Source of the DNA: Octopus sinensis
Taxonomy: Eukaryota
Assembly: GCF_006345805.1 (NCBI RefSeq)
Contig: NC_043005.1
Span: 79,794,001 to 79,858,000 of the forward strand
Direction: 5' to 3'
DNA length: 64,000 bases
In this document: positions 26,342 through 41,644 of the stretch, piece after piece
Position numbering within the stretch: the stretch's first letter is position 1
How the letters are laid out: the number at the start of each line of letters is the position of its first letter
Position numbers and translations under genes: made by a program
The notes under the pieces: generated by a model
What the model was told of the DNA's origin: nothing
What the model saw: the letters and a program-made list of their open reading frames with translations, nothing else
Database searches by the model: none

Positions 26342-27120
26342 CGAAGCAATAAAAAAATATGCTATGAAAATGAGCGTTAAAGAAAAGGAAATTACTTTGT
26401 AATTGACCGTTATCAAGACAAAAGGGCTATAAGAATGACCGTTAAGTAAGGGGAAAAAACCAAGGGGGGGGGTAAGTAAAAAGTAAAGGAGTATAAATGC
26501 TCATAGCAATCGCGTATGCGCGCATGCACATGTATACATATGCGCGCACGCAAGCCCACGTAATGTGCCTATATGCAGATGCTCACTAACGCTCCCATGA
26601 AACACACACATGCGCACCCATACATACGCCAAAAGATGCACATATATATGCAACCATGCATGTACACGTATACATATCCACATACACGCGCGCACAGACA
26701 CACACACGTGCACGTACTCATACGCACACAGTTATATTCAAATACTCGTCTAAAAATATGCACATGCTATATGCTCACTCACACTCGCGTGGAACACATG
26801 CATGTACACCCACATAAATATGCAACCATACACATGTACGTATACATTTACATATATACATACCGACACACACGCACGCACACACACACGTACGATGTAC
26901 ATATATGTATATCCGCACATGCGCATATATTTAGGACGAGTGCGTGAGATACCACAATATAAGTTTCTATACACGAGTTACACCAAAATCCTACAGACGA
27001 CATACAAAATGCAATATTTAAGAAATATTTTAATATCGAGCAACGAATTTAAAATAACATAGAATACTTGACAACAGAAATTTACTTTAAGAATTTGATA
27101 ATATATGGTTATACATACAA

Positions 27121-27187
<67 letters not shown>

Positions 27188-27924
27188 CATCCAGCTACCT
27201 ATTTATTTATCTGTCTATTTATCTATGTATATCCCTCTTTCTCTATATATCTATCTATATGTAATGTATGGGTGTATGTATGTTTGTATGTATACGTATA
27301 TATATTCATGTATGATTATGTATAGATAAAGTACTTCATTATATTCGGTTCGTTTTCTTATTCTATTATATTTTTATATTTCCTTTCTCATACAATATGG
27401 CCTCTGGGAGGCATACGACAACATTGCTTAACGCCATTACGACTGTTCTTCCATAATTCGATTGTTCACAATCCACTCATCATCGAATGCGCAAAGAAAG
27501 CATTTAGCTTGGCCGTTGGCAAAGATATCTATATATGTACGAAAGGGAATGTTTACTTCTTCTGTTCCTCTAAACAACCTAGAGGCAGTACTGGAATCCA
27601 CGATGGCCATTTTTACTATTGATGGGAAAGGAACTTCATTAAATTATGAATATTTTGTCAGAGCTAGGGGTTAGCTTCATAAAAATGACACAATACTTAA
27701 ACGGGGCGTTGAAGCTTTATCGAATAAATTCTATGCAAGTACGTCAACGAACGAACAAATTGCCTTTCTTGCTCGCTTGCACGCTTACTCCAGTGTTTGA
27801 CTTCGTTTTGTGGCGTATTATTTAGCTTTTCTTTATTTTCTCTTGGCTTTATTATCGGCTAATATACATTACTAATACAATCTAATATAATCAGCTTTCT
27901 TTCAGGCGATGCAAAATTATAGGA

Positions 27925-28213
27925 AAGACGAGGAGGAGAAGAAGAGGGGAAGGAGAAGAAGAGGAGAAGGAGAAGAAGAGGAGAAGGAGAAGAAGAGGAG
28001 AAGGAGAAGAAGAGGAGAAGGAGAAGAAGAGGAGAAGGAGGAAGAGTTGGTTGTGGTTGTTGTTGCTGTTATGTTGGCGGTGGTGGTGGTGGTGGTGGTG
28101 GTGGTGGTGGTAGTGTTTGGTGGAAATAAAAACGTCAAACAATGATAGCCATAACATCAACAATACGAATATCTTAATAACGACAATCTTAATAATAATG
28201 ATAATGCAAATAC

Positions 28214-28292
<79 letters not shown>

Positions 28293-28480
28293 TAAGAAGA
28301 AGAAGAAGAAGAAGAAGAAGAAAAAGAAGAAGAAGAAGAGGAAGAAGAATAACAATAATGATAATAATAAATAATAATAATGATAAAAATAATAATAATA
28401 ATTACAATAGTAATAATAATGATAACAACAGCAACAATAGTAATAAAAATAACAATAGTAATAATAATAATAATAATAAC
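27925..28480. repeat. Compound (GAA/GGA)n, (GGT)n, (AAT)n simple repeats
   Basis: Direct inspection. Confidence 0.9.
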
Positions 28481-29115
28481 CGTTTATTTATTGGACATAA
28501 GGATCTGTATTTACAATAGAAAACGCGTCATACAAAGGAATTACAAAAGATGGGCTTTACATACCCACAAATATATACATGCATATATATTTATTCAGTC
28601 ACACAAACACACACGGATACGTAGACACACTAACACTCACAGGCATACACGCATACACACACATTTTATGTATGTATGTATAATGAGCGAAGATTGGGGC
28701 AGATATGTAATACTATGTATTAAAATATGCTAGAAGAATTTAGTGCACAAAGAAAAAACAAATTGCAACGCATCCACAAACCGAGAGGATAACTCGTGAC
28801 TTTGATATCTTGTCTCCACATATCATCTGCTCCAACGAAATTCTCTAAGCTAGGACTTTCAAAATTGCTCGAGAGGGTGTCTAGCTTTTGAGGAGTTTCT
28901 AGATCCCACAAGCTTTGAAGGGTGGTTATTTTGATCTAGCTTTTGTAATATACATAGCTGCATAAATACACACACACACATATTGTTTTTGGAATGATTT
29001 GTCTCGAAGCAAACAAAGGTATAACCTATAGCCTGTAAATATTAGGCTAAAAAAAAACATTGGATAGAAAATGTCGAAAGGTGGCAAAGGTCTTTTAAGC
29101 TCAAATATCTATATG

Positions 29116-29169
<54 letters not shown>

Positions 29170-29368
29170 TATATACGGTAATAAGAAAATGGAGGTTATC
29201 AAGAGGTGGTATTCATCAATTTTTAGACATTATATTATGTCTTTTTATTTATTAAAAAAAATATAACAATAAACATACATGTATAACATGTTCTGCTTTA
29301 CATATATAAAAATACCGGTAATTATTAAAAGATATAATGTAGAACATAGGAAGTATATATATATATAT

Positions 29369-29421
<53 letters not shown>

Positions 29422-30544
29422 GTGTGTGTGTGTGTATGTGTGTGTATAGATAGATAGATACATACATACATGCATACATATATACATATGTAAAAGAACA
29501 GGAGAGCAGTAGAATAACGCATCTTACAGGATTACATCAGGCAAAATCGACCTCGCATTTCAAATATGCAAGCATCAGTCGATATTATCATTCAACGTTA
29601 CAATATACAAATCGGTCTATATTGAATCGACTGAGACACCAGATACGTTCAAGAATTTATTCTAGCAATTTTTTTTTTTTAATCGATCCGCCCGTGTTGT
29701 GATCAAGCGAGAACTGAAATTTTAGCATAAATACAAAAGAACTAACCATGAACTAAGAGAGAAAAGTTTAAAAGACAGAACACTTATGTAATATATGTTA
29801 AGCAATGTCAATAAGGGGATATTAGCGAACTTTAATGGGGTCCGAGAAATCGGTATACTTAGCCAAGAGCGCTTACATAGTATTTGCCTGGTGTTTTGAA
29901 TCCTTATTAATTTGTGCTGTTGACACACACATACAGACAGACTGACAGACAGATAAACAAAGAAGAAGTCAACGCACTAACTCACACATTACGAATACAA
30001 TTTGTAAGAGGAATAATAATAATATGCTAGACTTTTCTCAAGTTTAAAATCTGATATTGTTTTCGTTTTCTATACTCCAACGATGGAGTTTTGTATCTTT
30101 ATTTGAAACCAGCGCCTTTCCCAGAAGGAGAATTGAAATAATTAAAAACAGAAGAATACATACATACATACATACATACATACAACATACATACATACAT
30201 ACAACATACATACATGCATGCATTTATACATACATGCACACAGACAAACATTCATATGTACGTACCTACATGTGCATGTGTGTGTTTGTGTATAAGTATA
30301 TATGAAATCATACTTCGCAAATTGTGCAGAATCAAATATTATAGAAAAATATATGTAACAGTACATTAATCCCAAGACTTGACTGAATTTTGTTGTGCAT
30401 CGTGTATTTATTACTTATCAATGCGAGGAAACCTCTATTTTATTTGACTACGGCGTATTTGCTTTATAAAGAGCAACGTAAAGGAATTTGATGAGGACCC
30501 GAATACATGTGACAGAAGGGATAATAGTGGAAGGCTTAACAGTA

Positions 30545-30692
30545 TTTCGTCGACTTTGTCTTTCATCTTTTCGGGGTTGATTAAATAAGTACCAGTTACG
30601 CACTGGTGTCGATATAATCGACTTACTCCGTTTGTCTGTCCTTGTTTGTCTGCTCTGTGTGTAGCCCGTTGTGGGCCGTAAAGAAATAAGAA
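30545..30692 (+). mobile_element. SINE family 2, 3' part
   Basis: GTCGACTTTG..CTTTCATC..TTCGGGG..AAGTACCAGTTACGCACTGG..GTCGATATAATCGACTTA. Confidence 0.8.
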
Positions 30693-31704
30693 GGGATAAA
30701 GGTGTTCTCAGAACGGGTACCATACTTCGAAAATTTCGAACAAATCAAACTTCGCTAATGTTGTCCAAGTCTGACAGAATGATTCTAAAACCTAAAAATG
30801 AAATGATGTACAAAATCTGACCGGCTCCCACACAGCAACCGACTCCAGATTTTCATTCATGGAGTTTGTATTGACCCAAAGCGGTGTATAATTCCTTCTT
30901 TCTCAAGATGCTCTTCAGCTGAATCGATTCCGTAGGCACTTGCGTATAGAGTGAACCGTTTATACATACCTTTTATTTGTCATTATATTTACGATAAACG
31001 CAAAAGAAAGAGATTTTTGTACTGTTATTCTTATGTACATTTCAGTTTTTCTTTAAATCAGTTAAATTCCCATTGAATTACCATAATAATGCACTGCACA
31101 ATTAGAGATTTCTTTGTCGGAAGATACTCTTTTGACTTTGTTTTGCTAATATTACTGACAATACGTTTCATGTTTGCGAGGTGAATAGTAAGTTATGTTA
31201 ATATATACAGTGGTTGTTCGTTTGGCGTTTCATACAGACATTTTTCTTGTAGTTTATGCACAGGTCAGTCGTCGACAAGCTGACCTGCGATCAAAGACAT
31301 TCCAACAATAATCAATTTTGCATTTTAGTCTGACATTATTATGTAATGTATCCTTCATTTCTTTAAAATATTACATAGTATGTTTTAAGAACCCGAAGGC
31401 AGGTAGTAGAAGGGAGGAAGGTTTTCTCAGAACGGGTATCAGGCCCCGAATGATTGCAACAGTAGAGAACAGAACGAACGTATAAGAGCTCCTTTAGGGC
31501 TACTATTCTATGTATAAGCAGACATCATGTCCTGTATTAACCATTAATGCCGTTGCTTAATCCGCAGAATATTCGCCTTCATGAATTATCTCCCTGCTAA
31601 CTCGATTAAAGTTGATTGGACAAAATAGTAATCTTGAGAAAGGGCGGAGAGCGAGTTAGTATGTTTGTTATGCATGTATGTACGAGTGGGGTATGTATAT
31701 GTGA

Positions 31705-31940
31705 GGGAACGTGGCCTAATGGTTAGGGCATTGCACTCACGCTCGCGAAATAGTTATTTCGATTCCCAGACTGGCTGAAGCATTGTGTTCTTGAGCAAGC
31801 CTTCATCTCGCGTTGCTCTGCAATGACTTCGACATCTGACGTGTGCCGTATCATGTACCTGTTCAGGCAATTTCGTTTTGAAGAAGTGAATAAATTAATG
31901 AGCAGCACAAACATTTGATCTCTTTAGACGAATCATCGTG
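31705..31940 (+). mobile_element. Degenerate tRNA-derived SINE (family 3-like head)
   Basis: GTGGCCTAATGGTTAGGGCA (A box) and TTTCGATTCCCAGAC (B box), TTGTGTTCTTGAGCAAG. Confidence 0.6.
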
Positions 31941-32599
31941 CGTTTATTACTTACCAATGCAAGGAAACCTCAAGGAAACCTCAAGTTTATCTCATAAAGA
32001 GCAACGTAAAGGAATTTGTTGCGGTCCGCCCCCGGGGGGGGGGGACACTTTTAGAAGGGCAACACTTTTGACTCTGTCTGAGCAATGTCTTAATCAGTTT
32101 CCATCTCTGTGAAACACATCCTCATTCGCTGTGACCATCCAGTATGTGACCGACCAACGCGAGCTGTCACACCAGCCGGATCACCAGAGAAAAGAACATA
32201 GTACGCAGGATTGGACTAGGGAAAATCAAACAACATGACCAAACATTTATGTTTATGTTTGGTCAAATTACAATTGCTCTGGGAAATTACAAAGACTATT
32301 AGAAGACAAACGTCTACATTAGATAAAGAATGTAACTCGTATTTTGTATAAGCAAAACGTGAATGAAATCAAAAGGTACGGACATCTGGATGATATACTC
32401 TTTTACTCTCTTTTACACTCAGAAAAGAATTTTGTTTGGAATAAATAGTAAAGCGGTAATTGCAAAAATGTAATTACAATAAGGCGCAGATCGGAGCCCT
32501 ACATTTTTCTCTTCACATTTGTATTCTGTGTCGCAAGGCAGGAAATTAGCCACATCTTAAGACGTGTTGGATATTCCTTCATTGTTCGTTTCTGCTCTT

Positions 32600-32900
32600 T
32601 GCATTATTAGTTAGAATACTAAAGTGGTTGACTTTGCATTTCAACCTTTTAGACTCGACCAAGTCCAGTCCTGCATAAGGGGCGATTCTTTTATCCCCAC
32701 TCCACATCTCTCTTGGACCAGTGTTTCTCTTTCCAGTATAAATACAATGTGCTAAAATCTTGAGAAGGATGGGGTCCACCATGTCCAAAAATGCCAAAGC
32801 TACCTTCTGTGCTACAACGCCACTTTTATGATTTCATCAAGAGTTGAGCTAGATGGATTCTTAGTTTGCACATAATGTATATCATCTTTATTCATTGCCA
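32600..32900 (-). mobile_element. RTE-clade LINE C-terminal remnant
   Basis: LDEIIK..LWHF / MVDPILLKILAHCIYTGKRNTGPREMW resembles the RTE WxGHV..IPK..L..GKR..GRPRxRW tail. Confidence 0.45.
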
Positions 32901-33699
32901 TCATCCTGATGGAGAGAGACAGAGGTAGAGAGAGAAAGACAGCGAGATGGGGAAACAGAGAGAGAGGGAGAGAGAGAGAGAGAAAATCAGAGAGTGGGAG
33001 ATAAAGAGACAGACACAGAGAGACAAACAGACACAGAAGGAGACAGAGAGAGAGAGAGAGGGAGTGAGAGAGAGAGAGAGAGAGAGAATAGGGGATATCA
33101 ACTTCAGCGTTACGACTTTATAGGATGAAAGCCAAAGTTGACTTCAGCAAGATTTGAACCCAGGACGCAAAAAAGACAGTGCAAACACATTAGGACATTT
33201 GTCCGATGGATCAATGATCCTGCTAACAGAAAACTGTAAATGGGAACCATTAATAACCTTTATTAACGTAGATACACTTATGGGGCATTCTGTAACGTCT
33301 CCTCTAAATCTAATGATAAATTTTGATGAGACGAGGTGAATTAATTTGGGATACCTATAAGTAAAGTCGCATTTTATGTGTTCAAATCAGAATAAGACAT
33401 ATCGTAAATGCATTTATTCATTCAATATATAGTTGCCATTGTTAGAAATAGCATTTTCCCACCTCAAAACCAGTTTTCTGATTTCTCGGGCAAAAAAAAT
33501 CTGTTTCTTTAGCAGAGAAAAATCTTTGGAGAGTTGTTTCGATATCGTCACTGCTAATAAATGCCTTTTTTTCTTTCCATTAGCATAGTGATCGAGTGAC
33601 CTGAATAAGTGAAAATCTTATGGTGCACAGTATGATAAGCAGAAAGGATGAGGTAGAGCTTCCCATCTTAACGAATTTTGAATTATATTTTGTTGAATG

Positions 33700-33960
33700 C
33701 ATTACTTCATTCTCGGTAAACAGCTGACAAGTTGCCCACTTCCTTTCTCTATGCTTTTTTACGATCAGCTTGCGATGTACGTTGCTCAGTGAACCAACGT
33801 TTAATAAACCACCAGAGTAAGTCACCGATACTTTGACGCAGGTCCTCTTCAACTGTTCATTTCCCTACGTCAGTTATTGAGAGCATTTGGCCTTCCTGAT
33901 CGATTCCCATCCAGAAGATCGAAATCACCTTATTCGTATATGTTAAATCATCTTTGACAT
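33700..33960 (-). mobile_element. mariner-like remnant
   Basis: Minus strand RSGRPNALNN...VEEDLRQSIGDL resembles the mariner GRP linker and second HTH. Confidence 0.4.
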
Positions 33961-34039
33961 TTCTAAATACGAACGGCTTCAGGGTTTACAGAACATATGG
34001 TTTCCCTTACGTGTATGCATTCTAACTCATAAAAAATTC

Positions 34040-34470
34040 GTGGCTGTGTAAGTAGCTTGCTTACGAACCACACGATACCGGGTTCAGTCCCACTGAACCA
34101 CATGATACCGGGTTCAGTCCCACTGCGTGGCACCTTTGGTAAGTATCTTCTACTATAGCCTCGGGCCGACCAAAACCTTGTGATTGGATTTGGTAGAAGG
34201 AAACTACCAAAGATAGAAGCGCGTCGTATATATGTATATGTGTATATGTGTATGTGTGTGTATATGATTGTGTGTCTGTGTTTGTCTCCACAACATCGCT
34301 TGACAACCGATGCCGGTGTGTTTACGTCCCCGTAACATAGCGTTTCTGCAAAAGGGACCGATAGAATAAGTACTATGCTTACAAAGAATAAGTCCTGGGG
34401 TCGATTTGCTCTACTAAAGTCGGTGCTCAAGCATGACCACAGTCAAATGACTGAAACAAGTAAAAGGTAA
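34040..34470 (+). mobile_element. SINE family 1, near full length, with 30-bp tandem duplication in the head
   Basis: Collinear with 42389-42800; GAACCACA(C/T)GATACCGGGTTCAGTCCCACT twice (34065-34124). Confidence 0.88.
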
Positions 34471-35284
34471 TAGAAAAAGTATGCAAATCCGAAAATACAA
34501 TTAACTAAAGTTCTTGTCCTCCATGGGCTATCCAACGGGATTATATGCACAAAGCTCGTATCGCTTGATCATTAACGCTATGCTGATTGGCTGAATGCAG
34601 GGATACCTTTTACCGGCTTGTAAACTATTTGTGGAATGACGTCAGATAATTAACTTCAAAACGCGATATTGCTTTTCAGAGTCCTTAAAATATGCTCCCT
34701 CAGACTGCTAGAAATACCAAAGAAACATCCCACTGTTGTATTATACTGCCTCCAGAATTAGAAGGACGTTGTATAACGTAAGGTGAGGAATACATTGTAT
34801 AATATAGTAATATAAGTCCATATAAGGAAATATCTAAACCCCCACCAAAAGAAAAAAGTGTGAGGTCACGGTTGGAGTGCCTTTCATTATAGATCTGCTC
34901 AATCAGGACTGGCCTGAAGCTAAACAACATAACAAGAAGTTATGATGTTCTAATCTTGTGAGAAATAAGACGGACAGGCTTGTAAATTCGGCCACAGCTG
35001 GACAACGGACAGCTTACTGAGATAATGATATAGTTTGATAGACGAAGAGTGGGAAATAAGAACAGGACGAAGCTTTTGAAGCGATGCATTCGTGACTGAA
35101 ACCATCTACCTGCAAGTCAAAATCGTGATCCCTAGTAAGAGAGAATTTCTTTTTTTGAAAAAAAAGAAGAAAAGAACGGCAAAGCATTGCTGACCTTCCC
35201 ATTCGTTTATAACTTACATACATACATATATAAATGTGTGTGTGCATATATATATATGTGTATATATACATGTATATATACATG

Positions 35285-35340
<56 letters not shown>

Positions 35341-35938
35341 AAATATATATAATGTATATATATACACATATACGCATATACACATATACAGGTATACGTA
35401 TGTATGTATATATGCATAGATATAGATATACACACATTTTATATACAGATACATTGCATATGTATATATATATAATATATATAACTTTATATATATTATA
35501 TATATATATTATTTGCATATATATATTTATATATATGTATATTATATGTATATCTATCTATCTGTCTATATATATATATATATATATATTACACATATAT
35601 ATTTGTATATATATATATATGTGTGTAAATATGTATGTATGTATGTATGTATGTGTGTGTGTATTAAAGAAAAGAATGTAGGAATGTTATAAATATATAT
35701 TTGCCTGTATTATTCACATTTTCTCTACCACCATTAATAGGTCAATTCCAAGACATAAACATGTACGCGTACGCATACAGCAGACACACACGCATACACT
35801 CACACACACTGACGTACACGCATCATCCAGTATAGCCATAATAAAATGGCTGAAACCATACAAAAATATATCTCATTCTCGGCTATCTCTGTCTGTGTAT
35901 GTTTGTTGTGTGGCTCTCTCTCTATATGTTATATATGC

Positions 35939-36047
<109 letters not shown>

Positions 36048-37488
36048 ATGAATGTGTGTGTGTGAGTGTGCATGTATTTGTATATATATATATACACACC
36101 TACATTTATGTCTCTATGACTCTTCATACATCAATCTATCTATCTATTTATACATGCATGTATATACATGTGTAGATATATCTGCATATTCATTCTATGT
36201 GTCCAGGTAGAGCCACCGCCTGGATGTATGTGGTCGTGTGTGGATATATGTATATTGGTATGTATGTGTGCGTGTGTGTGTTTTTTTTATATTGCAGCAA
36301 TAAGTATGTCTCACACTTTAGTATTTTATATCTCGTTGAAGTACAGAGAAAAAGTAATGAATTCGAAGTGTTTTAATCAAATCTATATTTGCTAAATAAC
36401 TAGCTTGCCCACTTTCCTGCTGGCTATGCCTGTTATACTTATTAAATCTTTTGATTTACACATTTCTTGCTGTTTGTTTATACTCACACACAACCACTCA
36501 CACACACATGCACACACACGCACACATACACAAACGTATATTCTGTAAATAATAATAATAGTAACCTTAAAACTTATGAACGTTCAGTGTATTGGGTAAA
36601 GAAGATTGTCTAATATCGGGGCATATGGGATGTATATACATATAATGATAACTGCACATAGAGACGGTGGAAAATTCCTTTATTTCAATTTTTGTGAATA
36701 TTTCAGTACCCAAGGTATCATGCCGACGAATGTCAACAATTATTCGGCTAGAACTAAATAGTTCTAATAACACTTCATCGTCATAATTGGCTGTCAGTTC
36801 TAGAATACAAATATTATATATATAACGACATAATGAAAGAAAGATAAGAAGGAACTGACATGGTTTTTAATTTATCTAAGCGAGGTGTATTATCATTCCG
36901 AGTGAACAAAGCACACGGATTAAACAGGCAGTTTGTGATACGACTTTACGTTTCTATGTTGTAAACAAATGGGAAGAATAGAATTAAATATATCTCATGA
37001 AAAATTATTATAGTATAATTTTATACACATAGATACATACATGGACACAGACATACATAAATACATATATATGTACATATAAATATATGTATATCTATGT
37101 AGATACAAATACACATATGCATATGTATATATAATTATATATAAGCTTGTATGTATATTTGCTTCAATTATCCTTTTATGGTATCAGTAAAATAAGTCTA
37201 TAGAATACAGTAAAGTCCATTGACAACGCTATGCAGCCATCTGTTCCTAAACAGTAGATGAACGAGAAGCCTTCCATACATACACACCTCATCGTTAAAA
37301 TTACATGTGACAGTGATCAATGAAGCTGTATTTTGATCAGATGAGTTAGTAATCATAAAAGAAAGAAATAAGATGCAGTGTTTGAGATGTTTATTCGAGC
37401 TAAAGTCTATTACGTATCTTTCCTGTGCGTTCTTTTTTTTTTGTCGAATCTGAAGTCTATTGATTCGGAGTTTGTTTGCATGAGCATG

Positions 37489-37520
<32 letters not shown>

Positions 37521-37555
37521 TGTATGTATGTAGGTGTAATTATACGTATATGGAT

Positions 37556-37592
<37 letters not shown>

Positions 37593-37634
37593 CACAAACA
37601 TATTCATAAATATATATTAAATATATATGCACAA

Positions 37635-37677
<43 letters not shown>

Positions 37678-37796
37678 GGAGAGAGAGAGAGAGAAAGATA
37701 GATAGATAAATAGATAGATATAGATAGATATAGATGTAGATAGAGAGACGGACAGACAGATATATAGATAGATAGATGGATACATACATACAGACG

Positions 37797-37879
<83 letters not shown>

Positions 37880-38158
37880 GATATATATATTATATAAAGA
37901 ATAGAGAGAGAGAGAGAGAAACATACAGACAGATAGATAGATAAATAGGAACGTGTATGTGTGTGTTTCTATAAGTGTGTCTGTCTATATATATGATCAT
38001 GTCTACGTCTGCAAGTGTCAGTTTGTATGTTTTTCTGTGTACGCATCTTTGTATGCCTAAATGTGCCTCCACTTGTTTGCCTACGTGTGCCTACTTTGTA
38101 TGCCTACATACGCCTCCATTTGTATATATGTGGGTAAGTGTATATCTATAACACTGTG

Positions 38159-38197
<39 letters not shown>

Positions 38198-38249
38198 GTC
38201 TATATGTGTGCACGAATATGCTGTATGTATCCTTATGTTAATCCGCTAG

Positions 38250-39077
38250 TGGCGGATGGTGGTGGTGGTGGTGGTTGTCTTTGTGGTATTGACGGTGGTA
38301 ATGCTGAAGACAATGATGATTCTGATTCTGATGATGATGATGACGGAGATGATGATGATGAGGAGGAGGAGGATGGTTGTGGTAGTGATGATGATGATGA
38401 TGACAATGAGGATGCTGGTTGTAATTATGATGGTGGTGGTGGTTATGGTGATGATGATGACGACGACGAGGACGACGACCACGATGATGGTGCTGATGAC
38501 GGTAATGATGATGATGATGATGTTGAAAATATGTCTGTGTATAATATGCACCTTACTGCATATGCAAGTATGTGCATGTATTTAGCAAGCTATTGCGGAT
38601 ATTCCTCTGTGTATGTGTGTGTATGTTTGTGTGTGTGTGTGTGTGTGTGTGCATGTACCTTTTTCTACGTATCTGTATTGTGTGTGCATGTGTGTTTGTG
38701 TTCTTTTATATATGTCTGAATTCGTACATGTATGTGTGTACGTACGCATCAATACGTCTGCGGTTGTGTTTGTGCCTGTATAAATATGTGTGTGTGTGTG
38801 TATGTGTGTGTGAATATATGTGTGTTCCTTTGTGGGTGTGTAAGTGTCACTGCGTATGTGTGTGTGTGTGTATGTGGGGTGGGTGTATATGTTTTTCTGT
38901 GTTTTTCCCCATTTGCAAGTCTTCGTCTCGTTTTCATCTCTCACAATCACCATCACCATCGCCATCAGCATTATAATTATGAATGTCGTGACAATCATTA
39001 CAACAACAACAATAACAAAAGCAATAACATCATCAACAAGAACAACGGGAATAATAATAATAATAATAATAATAATG

Positions 39078-39129
<52 letters not shown>

Positions 39130-39340
39130 TAATAATAATAACAACAACAACGATTATAATAATAACAACAACAACAATAATAATATAATGATAATAATAA
39201 TAATAATAATGATATTTATAATCACCACCATTACCACCAATCTTCATCGAATGTCATCTTCAATATCATTTATTATCCACATCATCCTATCTCTGTCATC
39301 TTCAAAGTCGTAAGATATTCATCATCACCATCGTCGTCGG

Positions 39341-39375
<35 letters not shown>

Positions 39376-39590
39376 CAATCGTCGTCATCATCGTCACCGT
39401 TGTCGTCTTCATCATTGCCGTCGTCATCGACGTCGACGAGAGAATCTCAAAATGACCACCATGAACGTTACCTCCGCCACCACCACCATCACCACAGGCA
39501 CTTACACCACCACCACCATCGTCGCTACCCTCCTCCTCTTCATCATCATTATTGTCATCATCATCACCACCACTATCACCAACGCCGCCA
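38250..39590. repeat. Low-complexity block: (GAT/GGT)n, (GT)n, (AAT)n, (CAT/CAC)n
   Basis: Direct inspection; homopolymeric ORFs in all frames. Confidence 0.85.
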
Positions 39591-39914
39591 TAGTGTCCAG
39601 TTATATTTCCTTTCTTTAAATCCATTGATATTCGTTTTAATTCTATCATCATTAATTTAAATACTTTCATCTTTTCTTTATTTGGTTTTTCTCCATGTTA
39701 AGTATACTTTAAAACGAGCTTCATTTAATTTTATTTTATCTTATTTTATTTTATTTTATTCTATTTTGAAACAACATCGTTGCTTATTTATATATTTATT
39801 TATTTATTTATTTATTTATTTATTCATTCATTCGTGGAAATTAATTTCTTCAGTACAAGAAGATTATTAAGAAAGAAAATTGCAGAAATTTCATAAGGAA
39901 AAAACAAAATTTTT

Positions 39915-39965
<51 letters not shown>

Positions 39966-40284
39966 GCACACGCACACACACACACTCACTCACATATACA
40001 CATACATATACACACACACACACACTCACACATCGAGGAGTGAATAAAATTAACATCTCCTAACAACGCTTACCTCTTTCTTTATAACACCAATGCATCG
40101 TCCTCCTTCTCCTTCTCTGTCCGTCTATCTTTCTCTCTCTCTCCTTCTTTTTATAAATGTGTGCGTGGTGAATGTATGTGTTCCTATCACACGTGTACAT
40201 ATATATATATAATAATATATACATACACACACACACATATATATATATGTATAAGCACAAACATATATTTATATATATATATAT

Positions 40285-40371
<87 letters not shown>

Positions 40372-40994
40372 CATATAGATGCGCATATACATGCAGTTAT
40401 GTGTCCATATCACGGTTCTACTTGCCCCTGTCTTCTTTTCCTTCAATCCATTATGCATCACACTCTCCCCAATTATCTCCCTTAACCTCCCAACACAGCA
40501 GCAATTTTTCTTCCTCGTTCCTCATTCTTATTTTTCCTTTGATTTCGCCTTCCATATCATTTTATTATATTATCTTTTGCTGCCATTCTTCTTAGTCTCT
40601 TCTTATTATTCTTCTCATCTTCCTCTGTATTCCGATATTTCTCACTTGTAATCATACCACCCACATCATTGCCGACTTCAAACCTAGACCCATTGCCTTC
40701 CATTTCACTAATACACTACACTAAATGAATACAAATTAAAGAGTTTGTATCGAAACGAAAAAAAGACCAAATCTCCTGTTATAGTGTATTTCAGCTTCTT
40801 TTTTATTCTTATTCTACAACATCGTATTTTCTTTTGTTATTAAGTTCCAGTTCAGATTATGCTGAATTCTTTTCCTGTATATTTTTCTGATTGTAACAAA
40901 CACTCAATTTTCACTGAAGGAAAATTGCTTGTTTAATTAATTTAGTTTCAACTACGTGGCTGTTATAATTTGTTCTTTATCAGTTCGAGACGTA

Positions 40995-41300
40995 TCTCTA
41001 GCGCAACGGGTAAAATACATAGCGGCATTTCTCCCTGCTCTTCACGTTCTGGGTTCAAAATCCACCGCGTCAACTTTGTCTTTCATAAAGACGGTGAGCT
41101 GGAAGAATCGTTAGCAAACCGGACAAATTACCTTGTGGCAGTTCGTCCGTCACGTTCTCAGTTCAAAATTTGGCGAGATGGAATTTGTCTTTTATGCTTT
41201 CGGAGTCGATAAAATAAGTTCCAGTATAACACTGGGGTCGATGTAATCGACTCAGCCCCTCCCCACAAAATTTCAGGCATTGTGCCATTAGTGGAAAGGG
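40995..41300 (+). mobile_element. Two tandem partial SINE family 2-related copies
   Basis: CACGTTCT(G/C)(G/A)GTTCAAAAT at ~41043 and ~41151; GTCGATAAAATAAGT..ACTGGGGTCGATGTAATCGAC. Confidence 0.7.
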
Positions 41301-41644
41301 TCAATACTATTTCTGTTATTTCTGAAAGAGCTTCCAGTGTCCATTCCACAATCACAAATAACATCATATGAAATAGTAAGAAAAGAAAATAATGTTTAGA
41401 TATATGTATGTATTTAGACATACATACATACATAAATACATACATACATACATATATACATACATATATGTATGTGTGTATGTATATATATATATATGTA
41501 TATATATATACACACATACATATATACATGCATACATACTTACACATATACATACATACACATATACATACATATATATACATATATATATATACATGTA
41601 TATATATGTGTGTATGTGTGTCTGTGCGTGTATGTATTTATGTG

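Noticed and set aside
29555-29600. Hammerhead-like AUCGA-CUGAUGc...GAAA...UCGAU on the minus strand
   Set aside because: A9 mutated, no stem II, no valid NUH; too decayed to call
35018-35135. Possible minus-strand exon ending in |GTAAGC
   Set aside because: Ambiguous acceptor and no recognisable protein similarity
38138-38719. Asp/Gly-rich 193-aa ORF resembling an acidic biomineralisation protein
   Set aside because: Cryptic (GAT/GGT)n repeat flanked by (GT)n, like the tracts at 39300 and 60600; no signal peptide or clear splice context
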